Of a DNA stretch of 64,000 nucleotides, positions 1 to 13,923 are shown one piece after another (the stretch's first letter is position 1; each line of letters begins with the position of its first letter). The stretch lies in assembly GCF_001194135.2 (NCBI RefSeq), contig NC_068996.1, forward strand, positions 22,315,183 to 22,379,182, given 5' to 3'. Under the pieces are notes generated by a model. The model did no database searches. It worked only from the letters and a program-made list of their open reading frames with translations, and was not told the origin of the DNA. This stretch comes from Octopus bimaculoides (Eukaryota). Position numbers and translations under genes: made by a program.

Positions 1-226
1 AACCATAAAGGCTAAGAGACCAACCTGAAAAAATTCAAAGAGGGCAGCCAACAAAAATATGGAATAACACATAGAAAGCAAGATAAGAAGCCTAAAATAA
101 GAGTTTTGCACACGTTTTGTAAATGTCATGATCAAGACATGAGATATTCTGGATTAAAAAGCAATGCAGGAGAGAGAATCTGTAGAAATACGTACGGTTT
201 GATAATAGCACATTATTTCTTCTGAC

Positions 227-616
227 GTGGAGGCGCAATGGCCCAGTGGTTAGGGCAGCGGACTCGCGGTCATAGGATCGCAGTTTCGATTCCCAGACCG
301 GGCGTTGTGAGTGTTTATTGAGCGAAAACACCTAAAGCTCCACGAGGCTCCGGCAGGGGATGGTGGCCAACCCTGCTGTACTCTTTCACCAGAACTTTCT
401 CTCACTCTTACTTCCTGTTTCTGTTGTGCCTGTAATTCAAAGGGTCGGCCTTGTCACACTGTGTCACGCTGAATATCCCCGAGAACTACGTTAAGGGTAC
501 ATGTGTCTGTGGAGTGCTCAGCCACTTGCATGTTAATTTCAGGAGCAGGTTGTTCCGTTGATCAGATCAACTGGAACTCTCAACGTCGTAAGTGACAGAG
601 TGCCAACAACAACAAC
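227..616 (+). mobile_element. tRNA-derived SINE, family A, full length
   Basis: tRNA-like head (GGCGCAATGGCCCAGTGGTTAGGGCAGCGGACTC...GTTTCGATTCCC), (CAA)n tail, 10-bp target-site duplication TTCTTCTGAC at 217-226 and 617-626; three more copies in the window. Confidence 0.9.
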
Positions 617-2017
617 TTCTTCTGACACAAAAAGAAAGAGGAATGGAAGTGTTATTATAAAGGTTGAGGAATAAGGAAAATACATGGAGTAATGAAGGAC
701 TTCCCAAATAGACACAACAGACAGACCAGTCTATTCGACTTGACAACAGTATAGAGATGCAGTTTGAATTTGTGTCTGGATGAATTATTACCATTGTCAT
801 CTTTTTAACAATGAAACTTCAAGAGAAGTACTTAAGAGCAAGCCCTTGTACTTAATATACAGGGTGTGGAACTATGTATTTTGATGGCCACCAAGAAAAC
901 TAGGAGCGGATGAATGGATTATGAAACTATACAAGTCAAACAAGGACACGATCAACAAATAATGAATTTAGTGTGCAGGTGGGGGGAAGGGGGAGTCATA
1001 ATCATGCAGACCATTAAAGAGGAGCTTAAACCGATGAGGGTTCAAGTATGCTGAAGACTAAGTTCTTATAGCAGAATCTGTAGAAAAATTAAATACCAAA
1101 CCTAGAGACAGAACCATAAACCAAGAAACCTGAAAGTAACTTATCAAAAATTAAAGTTTTGGTATGAAGAAGAGGTATTCTGTGAACATGTTGATAGCAG
1201 GTGCAGAGCTCAAGGCAATGGTGAACACGGAGCTTAGATGGTAGACTTGGAGCTCAAGATGATTGTGGACATGTCAATTTAAATGAGTGTTAAAAGATCA
1301 TGATAAGAGGTGCTGGTAATTATTAGGACATGAAAGGAAAAATTCATTAATGTTGCCAAAGGTATTTGAAAGATGGAAAGATAAAGTTGTGAAAGTGATG
1401 AAATTTACTTGCAGAGGTTATTTGTATGAAATAAGTACTTGATGGGGACTGATTTCTCTTTTTCTCTCTATTTGAGTAAAAACAGAGAATATTTCATTTC
1501 AAGAGAGTGTAACGAGACACTAATAAATTCACTTTGAAATGTAAACTGGAAGTGAATGACTGAGGGGGTCATAAAATGGGTGGGGGTAGAAGGAAGTTTT
1601 TGTTTTTTTTCGTTTTTCCAGAAATGTCTTGCTATTTTGTAGGATTAATACCCTAATGGAATCATTTACGCATAGTTATAAATAGTAACGATTACATGTA
1701 TTCATAACAAACAAGGTTAAAATATTAGTTCTAAAAAGGGTTGAGAATTAGTCCCTGTTGAAAAGAAAAGAAGGGCAAGGGGAGTAGGACAGTTATCACC
1801 TCCAACTCACTGCCTTTCCAGTCTTTTCACCACAGCATTCCAGATTATACATCACCTGCACATTCAGACAAATACATGCACACACTATACATTACACACA
1901 CGCTTGAAGTTCAAGCTGGAAACATTAATAGTCATATGGGAATTACTGTGAGGGCACACATGCGTGCATATATAAATGCAAATACATATGGGCACAAGTA
2001 CAACCCCTATAGATTCA

Positions 2018-2062
<45 letters not shown>

Positions 2063-2067
2063 CATAT

Positions 2068-2101
<34 letters not shown>

Positions 2102-2336
2102 AAAATTTATTATTATTGAAGTTTCTTCCTATGTCAACATTTCTGTATAAGGCTTATATTTAACTGTCAAATTCAAGTCATAATTTACCTTACACATCAT
2201 ATCAAATTTTTGATATATAACCAAGGAGATCGATCCTTAAGGAGTCTACTTTTGACCTTTGCGGAGAAATCTCTTGCTATATTGGTAGCGATTACATGTT
2301 TTTCTCATCAACACATTGTGGAGATATCATCATATG

Positions 2337-2376
<40 letters not shown>

Positions 2377-2969
2377 NNNNNNNNNNNNNNNNNNNNNNNN
2401 NNNNNNNNNNNNNNNNNNNNNNNNNNNNNNNNNNNNNNNNNNNNNNNNNNNNNNNNNNNNNNNNNNNNNNNNNNNNNNNNNNNNNNNNNNNNNNNNNNNN
2501 NNNNNNNNNNNNNNNNNNNNNNNNNNNNNNNNNNNNNNNNNNNNNNNNNNNNNNNNNNNNNNNNNNNNNNNNNNNNNNNNNNNNNNNNNNNNNNNNNNNN
2601 NNNNNNNNNNNNNNNNNNNNNNNNNNNNNNNNNNNNNNNNNNNNNNNNNNNNNNNNNNNNNNNNNNNNNNNNNNNNNNNNNNNNNNNNNNNNNNNNNNNN
2701 NNNNNNNNNNNNNNNNNNNNNNNNNNNNNNNNNNNNNNNNNNNNNNNNNNNNNNNNNNNNNNNNNNNNNNNNNNNNNNNNNNNNNNNNNNNNNNNNNNNN
2801 NNNNNNNNNNNNNNNNNNNNNNNNNNNNNNNNNNNNNNNNNNNNNNNNNNNNNNNNNNNNGTCTACGTTTGTTTGCAATGTCCTGTACCCAGATATGCAC
2901 CTATACATACAGGTGGATGTCGGTATGCACATACCTGTACGTATATATGCATATACTCATTTACTATTT

Positions 2970-3005
<36 letters not shown>

Positions 3006-3539
3006 TCTTAAATATTCACATGCATGTACTAAGAGTAATTATTGAAATAAATACAAGTAATAATAATCCTTTCTACTATAAGCAGAAAGCCTGATATTTC
3101 TGGGTGGGGTGGGGCAAGCCAATTACATTCACTCTAGTGCTCAACTGGTACTTATTTTTTTATCAACTCCAAAAGGATGAAAAGCAAAGTCAACTTCAGT
3201 GAAATTTGAACTCAGAACAAAGATATGAGATGTCACTAAGCATTATTGTCCAGCATGCTAACATATTCTGCCAACTCACTGCCTTAATAATAATAATTTC
3301 AAGTGGTTGGAAGAAATTTAATACGATCTGCATTTAGAAAACTTGTAGCTATTTAAAAAAAAAACTCAAAAACAACTTTCTTAACCATTTTAGTAGCTAT
3401 AGTTTAACTTAGATATTGTTTATTTTCTTTTACACTGGGTCATTTCATTTTCACACCAAGTTGCCATGGCACTTTATTGTTGCTATGCAAATTACCCCAG
3501 AATACTGCATTTATAAAACAATTTCATCCTTTATCTAGT

Positions 3540-3875
3540 GCTTCTTTCAGTCATCAAACTGCAGCCATGATGGGGCAATGCCTTGTTGATTTTAGTCAAA
3601 TATATCAACCCTAGTACATTTTTTACGCCTGATACATATTCTATCAGTTTCTGTTGCTGAGTTACTTAGTTATGGGGGACATAAACACACCAACAGCAGT
3701 TGTCAAGTGGTGGTGGGGGACAAACACAAACACTACTTTCGGTTTCCATCTACCAAATCCACTCACAAGGTTTGGTTGGCCCAGGTCTATAATAGAAGAC
3801 ACTTGCCCAAGGTGTCATATAGTGGAACTGAAACCAGAACTTTGTGGTTGGGAAGCAAACTTATTGCGCAGCCAT
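3540..3875 (-). mobile_element. Degenerate tRNA-derived SINE, family B
   Basis: Matches the better-preserved copy at 14860-15271; further degenerate copies or fragments near 13140, 16490, 19670, 20500, 24430, 36420, 36865, 38365, 41620, 51020. Confidence 0.7.
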
Positions 3876-3907
3876 GTCTATACCTTTTATAATTGTTATT
3901 ATTGGTT

Positions 3908-3908
<1 letters not shown>

Positions 3909-3953
<45 letters not shown>

Positions 3954-4127
3954 CAGCAGCAATGGTAGTGGTAGTAGTAGCAGCAGCAATGGTAGTGGTA
4001 GTGGTAGTAGTAGTAGTAGCAGTAGTAGTAGCAGCAGCAATAAGAAGAAGAGGATGAGGAGGGAGAGGATGAGGAGGGAGAGGATGAGGAGGGAGAGGAT
4101 GAGGAGGGAGAGGAAGAGGAGGAGGAA
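3909..4127. repeat. (GTA)n/(GCA)n microsatellite followed by tandem 15-mer GAGGATGAGGAGGGA (about 4 copies)
   Basis: Directly visible; explains the poly-Ser and poly-Tyr ORFs 3844..4203 and 3899..4162. Confidence 0.95.
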
Positions 4128-4717
4128 GTGTTTTCTGTTGCTGTCAATTTTTCAAAGTTCAAAATTAAGCAGACAAAATTTCAAATTTGGTATACTGATG
4201 TAATTTTTCACGCTGAATCTGATTTTGTTATTTACTTGATCCAGAAAATTTTTTTAGGAAAATGTCACAGAGGTTTAAACTATCACAACGTGAAAGCAAA
4301 TATATTACAACAAAAGTTGTAAAGTTTTGAAGTTTTAATAAGTTTTAATGAATAAAGTCATATGAAACGGTTGAATAGGCAATGTAAATAATATAAGTGG
4401 GAGAGGGGATCCTCAACAAAATTTCTTGTGAAAAATTACAAAACCAACTACGTTAGGGTTTGGGGTTAAGGTTAAGGTTGAAACGGTAGAACAGACATGT
4501 AAACAATTTAATAAGGAAAAATTTTCAATTAAATTTTCTTACAAAAAAATTTAAAAAAATAAAAACTACGCTATACTATAGTAATAGTTCAGTTCATGTA
4601 AACAATTAACACACTTTTCTTGAGTATCAAAAATTCAAAACCGAAAGTTCAGAAAATAGGCACTCGTCAAAGAAAATACACGTGGAGGTCGTTTTAAGCA
4701 AACTACAGCTTCGTTTG

Positions 4718-4731
4718 GTTACTATGGTAAT
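4718..4731. promoter_or_regulatory. RFX X-box-like palindrome GTTACTATGGTAAT in a CpG-retaining patch
   Basis: One mismatch from the GTTACTATGGTAAC X-box form; the surrounding 4650-4760 keeps CpGs. Confidence 0.35.
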
Positions 4732-5496
4732 AAGGCACCAATGTGTCGGTGACTTTCAATTTGCTAAAATTACCCAAAATTTGCAAACTTTTTCTTTATT
4801 AATTTATGGCAAAAACAAATTCCATTTGTGTAATTATCATACAAAACTACCTCAGTACACCAAATTTTAAAACAGTTGGAACAAAGTTTAAAAGATAGAA
4901 AACTGTAACAGCAACAGAAAAAAAATCAGTAGTAGTAGTGGTGGTGGTGGTGATGGTAAGACGAGTAGTCGTGGTCGTTATGGTGCTAGTGGTAGCAGTA
5001 CTAACAGTGATGCTAGTAATAGTTTTTTTTTNNNNNNNNNNNNNNNNNNNNNNNNNNNNNNNNNNNNNNNNNNNNNNNNNNNNNNNNNNNNNNNNNNNNN
5101 NNNNNNNNNNNNNNNNNNNNNNNNNNNNNNNNNNNNNNNNNNNNNNNNNNNNNNNNNNNNNNNNNNNNNNNNNNNNNNNNNNNNNNNNNNNNNNNNNNNN
5201 NNNNNNNNNNNNNNNNNNNNNNNNNNNNNNNNNNNNNNNNNNNNNNNNNNNNNNNNNNNNNNNNNNNNNNNNNNNNNNNTTTTTTTTTTTTTTGTTTTTA
5301 CACAAAAACATACACGTACATAAATCAGCAACGTGGAATGAATCATATTTTTAATTTTTACAGCAGCCCTGAGTTTGTTTATCTGTTTAAGATCTTTGTC
5401 AAAATCAAAAGCAGGTTCAATAGTCACTTTGTGCAGCCGAAGTTATACACCAAAATATATATACTCCACGAATTCCACTTCCCTGCTTCAAAACAA

Positions 5497-5530
<34 letters not shown>

Positions 5531-5562
5531 AGAGAGAGAGAGAGAGAGGGGGTAATAAAATA

Positions 5563-5828
5563 GGCGCAAGCGTGGTTGTGTGGTTAAGAAGACCGCTTCA
5601 TACACATCGTTTCTAGTTCAGTTCCACTGCGCGATACCTTGGATTGGACAAGACTTAAGTGGATCTGGTACACGGGAACTGAAAAAAGCCCGTCACACAC
5701 AAACGCATATATCTCTTTGTCAGTCTTTGTGTTTGTACCCCACCACCGCTTGACAACCGATGTCGATGTGTTTACGTCCCTGTAACTTAGCGCCTCGGCA
5801 AAAGTAGCCGATAGAATAAGTACCAAAC
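5563..5828 (+). mobile_element. tRNA-derived SINE, family B, internally deleted
   Basis: GGCGCAAGCGTGGTTGTGTGGTTAAGAAG head; GTTTGTACCCCACCACCGCTTGACAACCG...GATAGAATAAGTACC body. Confidence 0.75.
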
Positions 5829-5921
5829 TTCGCTCAGAGATTTAACATTGTTTAAAAATACTGATATCACTTTATTCCACTAAATTATGACAACTGACTG
5901 TAAATATATATATACATACAT

Positions 5922-5963
<42 letters not shown>

Positions 5964-6307
5964 ACATACATACACGCGCACACATACATACATACATACA
6001 CGCGTACATATTCACTATACACACGCACCACTTCCACAATCAACACACCGGCTGACGAAAGTAAAGGTATATAATTTTAAAGGGGACTGAAAAGAAGTAA
6101 CCTATCTCTACAAGTTCGTAGATATTTTAGGTGTGTGTTTAGTGCTTCAGTAACCGACATCAAGAAACATTCCACAGCTGAGAATTAAATACCTCGATAG
6201 AATGCAGCTAGGGAGTTCCAAGCAAAGTTAGATAAATGAAAAATGAACAAAGATAGCAACTTTAAAAAAAAATAACGATTAATTAAACGACTGGCGTGTG
6301 TGCGCGG

Positions 6308-6401
<94 letters not shown>

Positions 6402-6479
6402 GTATATATATACACATACGTATATATATATATATATACGTATATATATGTAGATATATATATATACACACACGATTAG

Positions 6480-6533
<54 letters not shown>

Positions 6534-7533
6534 CGGCTAGCGTGTGCTTGTGTATATATGTGTGTGTGAGAGAGAGAGAGAAAGAGAGAGGGAGAGGTGT
6601 ATATGTATATTTATATATGTGTATTCCCGAAGTTTTCAATATTTTATTAATATGCTCCTTAAAAGTTACGTACAACCTCTCTAATGTGGTTCTTGCGTAT
6701 ATACATACTGTTGATATATACAGTATTTTTAGCGTTCTTTCCTTTTCACCTCACTTTCTATTGCAACTCTACCTATAGAACTTAGTGTATCGTTTCGCTC
6801 TCTCAGTACTTACATTCATGTGTAGATATATAATAAACGTTCATACAAACAAACATACCTAGGTGTTTTATACACATATATGCAGACATACGTATACACA
6901 CTTCACGTATAATAGAAATCACTCAGAGAAAAAGACTATGCCCATGACCTTAGCCGGTTCCCACATTGTCGACATTCATGCGGTTGATGTTCATGTATAT
7001 TACACGCACACACACACACACACAAATTCGACACATACCCAATATGGACAATATAAACATTAAAACAAATGTAAAGAATGATAGTTTGGAATAAATTATT
7101 AAATAAAAGACATTGCATAGAGAATAAACAATCAAGGAATTATACAATGCGAAAACAATGTCTATAAGAGCAACAATTTAACGGATGAGCTAATTATAAT
7201 GAATAAGTTGGAAAAATTGATTAATGGTTTTCAATATATAAAGAATAATTTAATTACAATGTTAAACAGTCACAACAGTCTGTATTGATAAAAAAGGTTT
7301 ATATACACGCACGCAATATACATACGTTACATACATATATATACACATTACATACATACATATATACATTACATATATACATACATACATTACATACAAA
7401 CATACATACACTACATACATACATAACACATTACATTACATACATACATTACATGCATACATTACACGCATACATTACAGTACATACATTACATTGCATT
7501 AATTATATACATACATGATACATNNNNNNNNNN

Positions 7534-7568
<35 letters not shown>

Positions 7569-7867
7569 GCACATGCATACACTCACACAAACATATCGAT
7601 ACATGTACATTTACACATATCTATCTATCTATCTCTCGCACTTATAAGTGTGTGCATATTTTGCACCCCTGAAGGTTACAACTTACTGATGTGTACGTGT
7701 GTATACTATACACATGTGTAATTTGCGGATATGTACATGTGTGTGATATTTTATAATTGTATGTTTGTCCCCTAAACAAAGTGATTCGATAGTCTTCGGT
7801 AAAATAGGCACCAGACTGGAATAGATAAATAAATACATTCGGATTCAATACGATCGGCGAAAACACA

Positions 7868-7925
<58 letters not shown>

Positions 7926-9227
7926 GATGTTCCAGCATGGCCGCAGGAGAATGACTGAAACCAGTTAGAGTAGAATGAATGAGATACAAATTTCAACATT
8001 GTGTATTCCTGCATGTTTGTGTGAGTAAATATGTGTGCTTATGTATAAGTGTATATGAGTGATTAAATAAATAAATAAAAAATTACCTTCTCTCTTAAAT
8101 AATGATGATCTTTGTTGTTGATTAATTTAAAAAAGAAAAAGAAAATAAAATCAACAGTTTTCGTTTTGTTGTAAACAGTACACTTTAGCAGCAGCGAAAC
8201 AGCCAAGTGCTACATTTGCGATCCTCCATCCATCCATCCATCCATCCGCCTTCCACCACCACCATTTCTACCAACAACAACAACAAAGAGATACACACAT
8301 CTGATGCTAAATTTAGCTTTTGCAGTTGGTAGGCCAGGCTGTTACCAGATAGCCACAACATACTCCCTTCACTGAAATTCTCTTTCTTTCCCGTTCTTCT
8401 TCCTAGGTTTCTTATTCCTATTACCCTTCTTTTTCTTTCCTTCTCTTTCTCTCACTATCTACCAATCAATCTGTAAGTCTATAATATTCATCCATCCATC
8501 CAGTTAGCTGTCTCACAAAGTTATATATTTGTCTATTTTTGCATCTTTTCTTTCCCTCTCTCTCTCTCATACTATCAATTCATATAATTTGTCTACGTCT
8601 ATCTGAATTATACCATCCATCTAACGTCTCAACTGTCTCTACCTTATCTATCAACATCTATGTCTATTTGATCTGTCCACGTCTATCTCAGACGGCCTAC
8701 CTTCGTCTGTTTGTCCATCATTCTATCTATATCTACCTTCCGATTACAACCAACATAGATATTATATGAGGTCATTGGAAGTCATACGCTATTATTTCGT
8801 ACACTGGAATTTCAATCTTGTGATTCAGTAACCCCAAGCATTTCACTTATAACAGACATAAAAATAAGTTGTTTCATTTTAATTTTTCTTTTACATTTGG
8901 TCAATGTGGTCATCCCCTATCCCTCACAATTCACAAAAATGTTCAACTATTTCGGTGGACCTAAAAACTTCGAATGATAAGCACGAGTGTATATTTGTTT
9001 TATTTCCCACGATTATTCAAACATTTTGGGGAAGAGTGGTGGTGGGGGGGAATAATTCAAACGATAACATTTTTCCTCCATATCATCATCGTTATTGTCA
9101 AGAGTTCGCGTAACGTTATCAACTATTGCATTTATTGTTTTTTTTCTCTACTCACCCCTTCCTCATTCTTACTCATTATAGAGATTACACATATACACAC
9201 GATGTCTACCTGATAAATGTTTCGTGT

Positions 9228-9277
9228 GTTGCCATGTAACTTCGGATTTTTCTTTTTTTCCTATGTTGCCATGTCGC
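9228..9277 (+). promoter_or_regulatory. Two tandem X-box-like sites (GTTGCCATGTAAC, GTTGCCATGTCGC), candidate promoter
   Basis: Motifs seen; followed by ATGAAG|gttagg at 9304-9315, a weak candidate first coding exon. Confidence 0.35.
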
Positions 9278-9358
9278 TTTGGATTTATAAATAAAAAGAC
9301 AATATGAAGGTTAGGAAGAGCACGCCTTTCTTCTGAAAGTTAGGTATATATATATAAT

Positions 9359-9620
9359 GATAAAAACAGTTTGATTAAGTCCTTGGTACTTTAAGTTTCA
9401 AACCGTTTTCATCCATACACGTAACTCCCAATAAGTGTGTTGAATGCCCATCTTTCGTTTGTCCACCCATTCATGTGGTGTGTGTGTATTTACATGTACG
9501 TATATAATTATATTAAGGGAGTAACGGCGAAAACGACCTATCTCCAACATGCTTCAAAATGCCAAGGCACTCAAATACTGACTACCTGATAAAGAACATT
9601 AACGTGATTTTATCCTTATA

Positions 9621-9688
<68 letters not shown>

Positions 9689-9820
9689 NNNNNNNNNNNN
9701 NNNNNNNNNNNNNNNNNNNNNNNNNNNNNNNNNNNNNNNNNNNNNNNNNNNNNNNNNNNNNNNNNNNNNNNNNNNNNNNNNNNNNNNNNNNNNNNNNNNN
9801 NNNNNNNNNNNNNNNNNNNN

Positions 9821-9874
<54 letters not shown>

Positions 9875-10003
9875 ACACACACACCACATGAATGGGTGGA
9901 CAAACGAAAGATGGGCATTCAACACTTATTGGGAGTTACGTGTATGAATGAAAACGATTTGGAAATTGAAGTACCAAGGACTTTGAATCAAACTGTTTTG
10001 ATC
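9359..10003. repeat. Imperfect inverted repeat of about 125 bp per arm (9359-9487 and about 9875-10003) around microsatellites and a gap
   Basis: Arms align as reverse complements with scattered substitutions and small indels. Confidence 0.85.
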
Positions 10004-10094
10004 CGTGTGTAGGGACAATTCACAAAAAAAAAAAGACGAAGGCAGGTGGTTTAGACAACAAACAGATTAGTTTAACGCTTAGGAAGTTAAAAAG

Positions 10095-10132
10095 TCTTTA
10101 ACGTTTCGAGCCTACGCTCTTCCACAGAAAGA
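10095..10132 (-). ncRNA. Minimal hammerhead ribozyme-like motif, family 2 (core CUGUGGA)
   Basis: UCUUU-CUGUGGA-A-GAGC gtag GCUC-GAAAC-GUU-AAAGA; stem I 5 bp, stem II 4 bp, loopless palindromic stem III (AACGUU); A6 replaced by U. Confidence 0.55.
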
Positions 10133-10189
10133 AAACAGGGAGAGAAAATAATGTGTAGTGGCTAGCGATCTATTATGGCGAATGCCGGA

Positions 10190-12030
10190 CAGAGGGAAAG
10201 AGCAGACAAAGAAGCCTGGTTATAAAAAACATTAAGTCAAACCCAAAGGTCTTTCATTACGCAAAAGAAACAGCATTAGTACGCTGCAAGATAGGACCCC
10301 TCTTCCAAAAGGATGGCTCCCTCACAGATAGTCCGACCAGGATCAGTGAAGTACTGAATGACCAGTTCAAAAGTGTCTTTACCATCCCGTTGGAACACAG
10401 ACAAGTGAACGAACCAGTGAATTTCTTTGCCACCTCACCTATAACCAACGAGGCAGTTACGATGGAATATATTGACATTAGCGAAGAAGACATACTACTA
10501 GCCATAGATAAGGTGGACGCAAACTCAACTGCTGGTCCTGATGGTTTCCCAGCAATCCTCTTTAAATCGTGTAAGCATGCTCTGGCAAAACCCCTCCAGA
10601 TTCTCTTCCAGAGCTTTCTTGCAAATTGAAGACCGCCAAGCAAGCTGAAGGAGGGAATAATATGCACACTCCATAAAAGGGGATTCAGATCAGATGCCAA
10701 AAACTCTAGGCCTATATCTCTCACTTCATACATCAGCAAAGTCATGGAACGGATAGTCAGAGGGAAACTAATCGCATTCCTTGTAGGAGCTGCCTCACCC
10801 AGCTCTTACAACATTACGACTGGGTGTTGAGGCAGTTACTCAACAACTCAAATGTGGACGTAATACACCTTGATTTTACAAAAGCTTTTGACAAAGTGGA
10901 TCATGGTATGATATGTCACAAACTGCGTGATCTCGGCATAGCTGGAAAACTTGGAGAGTGGTTAAACGACTTCTGAAAGATAGAAGTCAGGTAGTAGTGG
11001 CCAATGGAGCCACCTCAATGAAAACACATAGTGAGTGGTGTTCCACAGGGTACTGCCTTGGGACCACTGCTTTTCATAGTGGCCCTCTCAGATATGCCCT
11101 CAACTGCCCGGATAGCCACCCTCGCTATCTACGCAGACGATACGAAAGTCTCGCAGAACATACAGAACCCCAGCGATGTTGCACACCTGCAGCAGGAGTT
11201 GGACTCAATTTACAGATGGGCTGAGGATAATAATATGCAGTTTAATGCTGAAAAATTCCAAGCCCTGCGCTATCAGCGTCCAAAACTGAATATGAAACTT
11301 ACAGGATACACTGGTCCACAGGGAATTACAATCCCAAAGCCTAAATCAGTGAGGGACTTGGGTATTGACATGAGTGATGATACCTCTTTCCAAATGCACA
11401 TCACCAGGATGGCGACAAAGTGCAGACAACTGGCTGGCTGGATCCTGAGAACATTCATAACCAGAGATAAGGAAACCATGATGGTCCTCTGGAGGATATT
11501 CGTCCTCAGCCGCCTGGATTACTGCTCCCAGCTATAGTCACCCAACAGCGTAACATTAACAGCGGACCTTGAGGCAATCCAGTGAAACTTCAAAAAGATC
11601 ATCTCTTTGCAACAGCACAGCGACTGGGAAAGACTGAGACAGCTAAAACTCTACTCCCTGGAGCAAAGGCGTGAGAGGTATGCAATAATATACATCTGGA
11701 AGATCCTGGAAGGATTTGTGTCAAATTTTTGCATTGAAAGCTACACCAATGCCAGAAGGGGTCAACACTTCACAGTGCCAAAGATCTCAGCAAGGCCATC
11801 ACGCTTCAGGACCAGTTGCTGCAACAGCCTGCATTTCAGGGGCCCACAGCTTTTTAATATTCTCCCAAAGAGCCTCAGGAACCTCCACAAGGGAGATGCA
11901 GACGTTTTTAAATCAAGGCTAGACCTCTTCCTATCAAGAACCCAGATGAACCTACCTCACGGCAAGAGGTGAAAATGAGAGTAGCTACATCAAACACCAT
12001 TCTACACCAAGCATCACATATTAGAGGAGG
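10190..12030 (+). pseudogene. 5'-truncated CR1/Jockey-group LINE ORF2 (reverse transcriptase), frameshifted
   Basis: Motifs AGPDGFPAILFKSCKHALAKPL, DFTKAFDKVDH, GVPQGTALGPLLF, IYADDTKV, SRLDYCSQL spread over several frames with stops. Confidence 0.92.
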
Positions 12031-12079
12031 ACATCAGTAATAACGGCAGTCCTCCATCATGGTCACAGTTCTGAGCTGA

Positions 12080-12233
12080 AATGTGTGTGTGTGTGGCACC
12101 ACCGTTCGAGTGTGATCGTTATCAGCGTCGCCTTCCTGGCACTTGCGCCACAGCTTCGCGTTCCTGGCACTTGTGCCGGTGGGACGTGAAAAGTCATTCG
12201 AGCGAGATCGTTGCCAGTGCCGCTGGACTGGCT
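12080..12233 (+). mobile_element. Short interspersed repeat fragment (RTE-associated), CpG intact
   Basis: CTGGCACTTGTGCCGGTGG...GTTGCCAGTGCCGCTGG; degenerate relatives at about 32520-32720, 41280-41450 and 42840-43090. Confidence 0.55.
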
Positions 12234-12333
12234 NNNNNNNNNNNNNNNNNNNNNNNNNNNNNNNNNNNNNNNNNNNNNNNNNNNNNNNNNNNNNNNNNNN
12301 NNNNNNNNNNNNNNNNNNNNNNNNNNNNNNNNN

Positions 12334-12990
12334 GATCTTAAGAACCTTCTGGTCCAGAGAACAAGGTGTCATCATTCCACTTTCCTCCTCCTTTGTATGG
12401 CCACACCTCAAATACTGCTGCACCTTGTTGTCTTCCCATACAAAACAAAACATCTCGAGGATTGAATCACCCCAGAGGGCACTCATCAAACGAATTGAAG
12501 GCATGACAGATCTTGATTACTGGAACCACCTTAAAGCCTTGAAGATCTACTCTCTCCAGCACCACCACGAGCAGTACATCATTTGTACGATGTGGAAAAT
12601 ATACCGCCAGCATTACCCAAACGACCTGAACATTAGATTCAAGGTTCATCCAAGGCTGGGACCACAAGCCATACGTCTCCTGCCCAATTCAGAATCACAA
12701 CGTATAGGTACATTGCGGCATAATTTCTTTTCCTCAACAGGCCCTGCCCTGTTTAACATTGTCCCGAAACAGATAAAGAGGGAAAGGATCCTATCAGCTT
12801 TAAACGGAGTCTAGACAGCTTTCTTCACAGAATACCAGACAAGCCACCCATACCTGGATACAACTCACTCAATAAGAACTCACTACTTGAATGGACCATT
12901 GACAAAACTTGACTGTAAAAAGGATTTAGATAATCTTATCAGGTGGTGCTATTAAGTTAGACATGGCCTGGACCAATCTTTGGTCGAAAC
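12334..12990 (+). pseudogene. 3' end of a second CR1/Jockey-group LINE subfamily
   Basis: VWPHLKYCCTLLS...IESPQRALIKRIEGM...LKIYSLQ...FNIVPKQI, typical of the post-RT C-terminal region. Confidence 0.85.
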
Positions 12991-13005
12991 AAATCTAAAT
13001 TTTAC

Positions 13006-13046
<41 letters not shown>

Positions 13047-13923
13047 TATATATGTTTACCTAACCAGAATGATCTGATGGTTAAAACAATGTTTTACCCT
13101 CTTGCTAGGACTACACAGTATTTAGGGCTATGCATGGAAACAACACACACACACATGGGCTTCTTTGAGTTATCGTCTATCAGATCCACTCACAAGGCTT
13201 TTGTCAACCAGGGGCTATACAAGATGACACCCAAAATGCTATGCATTGAGATTGAACCTGGAACAATGTGGCTGGGAAGCAAATTTTTTACCACATCGCT
13301 ACACCTACTCCTTACGAAAAATTTTAACTGTGTTGTTTTCCGTGAACCTCATTGTATCATATTTTACCTATGAAGTTTGAGTTGCGGAAGTAAATGGACT
13401 TCTCCCCCCCTCATACTTTATGTACATTTTGTGTATTATTTTTATGCACATACAAAGCAATCTTCCAGCATAGTCTTAACCAAAATGATTAAATACGTGT
13501 GCATGCATGAATTTTGATACACAACTGATTTTGATATAAAAGTGTATAAAAGTTTCTTGTATGGATTTTTTTTTTGTTTTCAGAGAAGGAAGAGAAGAGA
13601 TATAGAGAGACGGGGGGGGGGGCATCTGTAAGACAAATATCTCGAAAAACTGTTGCTGCAGCTGTTACTCTTTTTCCTCTCCTCCAACTACCATCATTAA
13701 TAATGGTTGCATAGAAACAACAAAAGAAGCCTCTACACAGTCACTCAACCAGTTAGAAATAACACCTAAGTTGCTCATAAATCACGTCACTATTTACTTA
13801 AACTAGACAGGTCACGTAGTCTCAGATGTATGGGAGAATTTACGAAAAAAACAACAACAGACGACGACAGGTGGTGTAAACAACAAAAGGATGTATTAGT
13901 CTGACGCTTAGGAATACAGAAAG

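Noticed and set aside
227-300. tRNA-like sequence
   Set aside because: It is the head of a SINE with body, tail and TSD, not a tRNA gene.
2210-3094. Long ORFs spanning N-runs (also at 4.8-5.4, 19.7-20.3, 28.4-29.5, 33.1-33.5, 36.1-36.5, 51.1-51.6, 53.4-54.2, 59.5-60.4 and 62.2-62.7 kb)
   Set aside because: Length comes from X codons; flanking residues are microsatellite translations or repeat fragments.
3844-4203. Ser-rich/Arg-rich and poly-Tyr ORFs
   Set aside because: Translations of (GTA)n and a 15-mer tandem repeat.
4454-4479. TTAGGG-like run (also 19630-19650)
   Set aside because: Only one or two exact units; too short and degenerate for an interstitial telomere call.
5880-7990. YI/HT/CV-rich ORFs
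   Set aside because: (TA)n, (CA)n and (TACA)n microsatellites.
12966-12990. CCTGGACC...GGTCGAAAC hairpin resembling a hammerhead
   Set aside because: Lacks the CUGANGA core and stem I; more likely the LINE 3' stem-loop.
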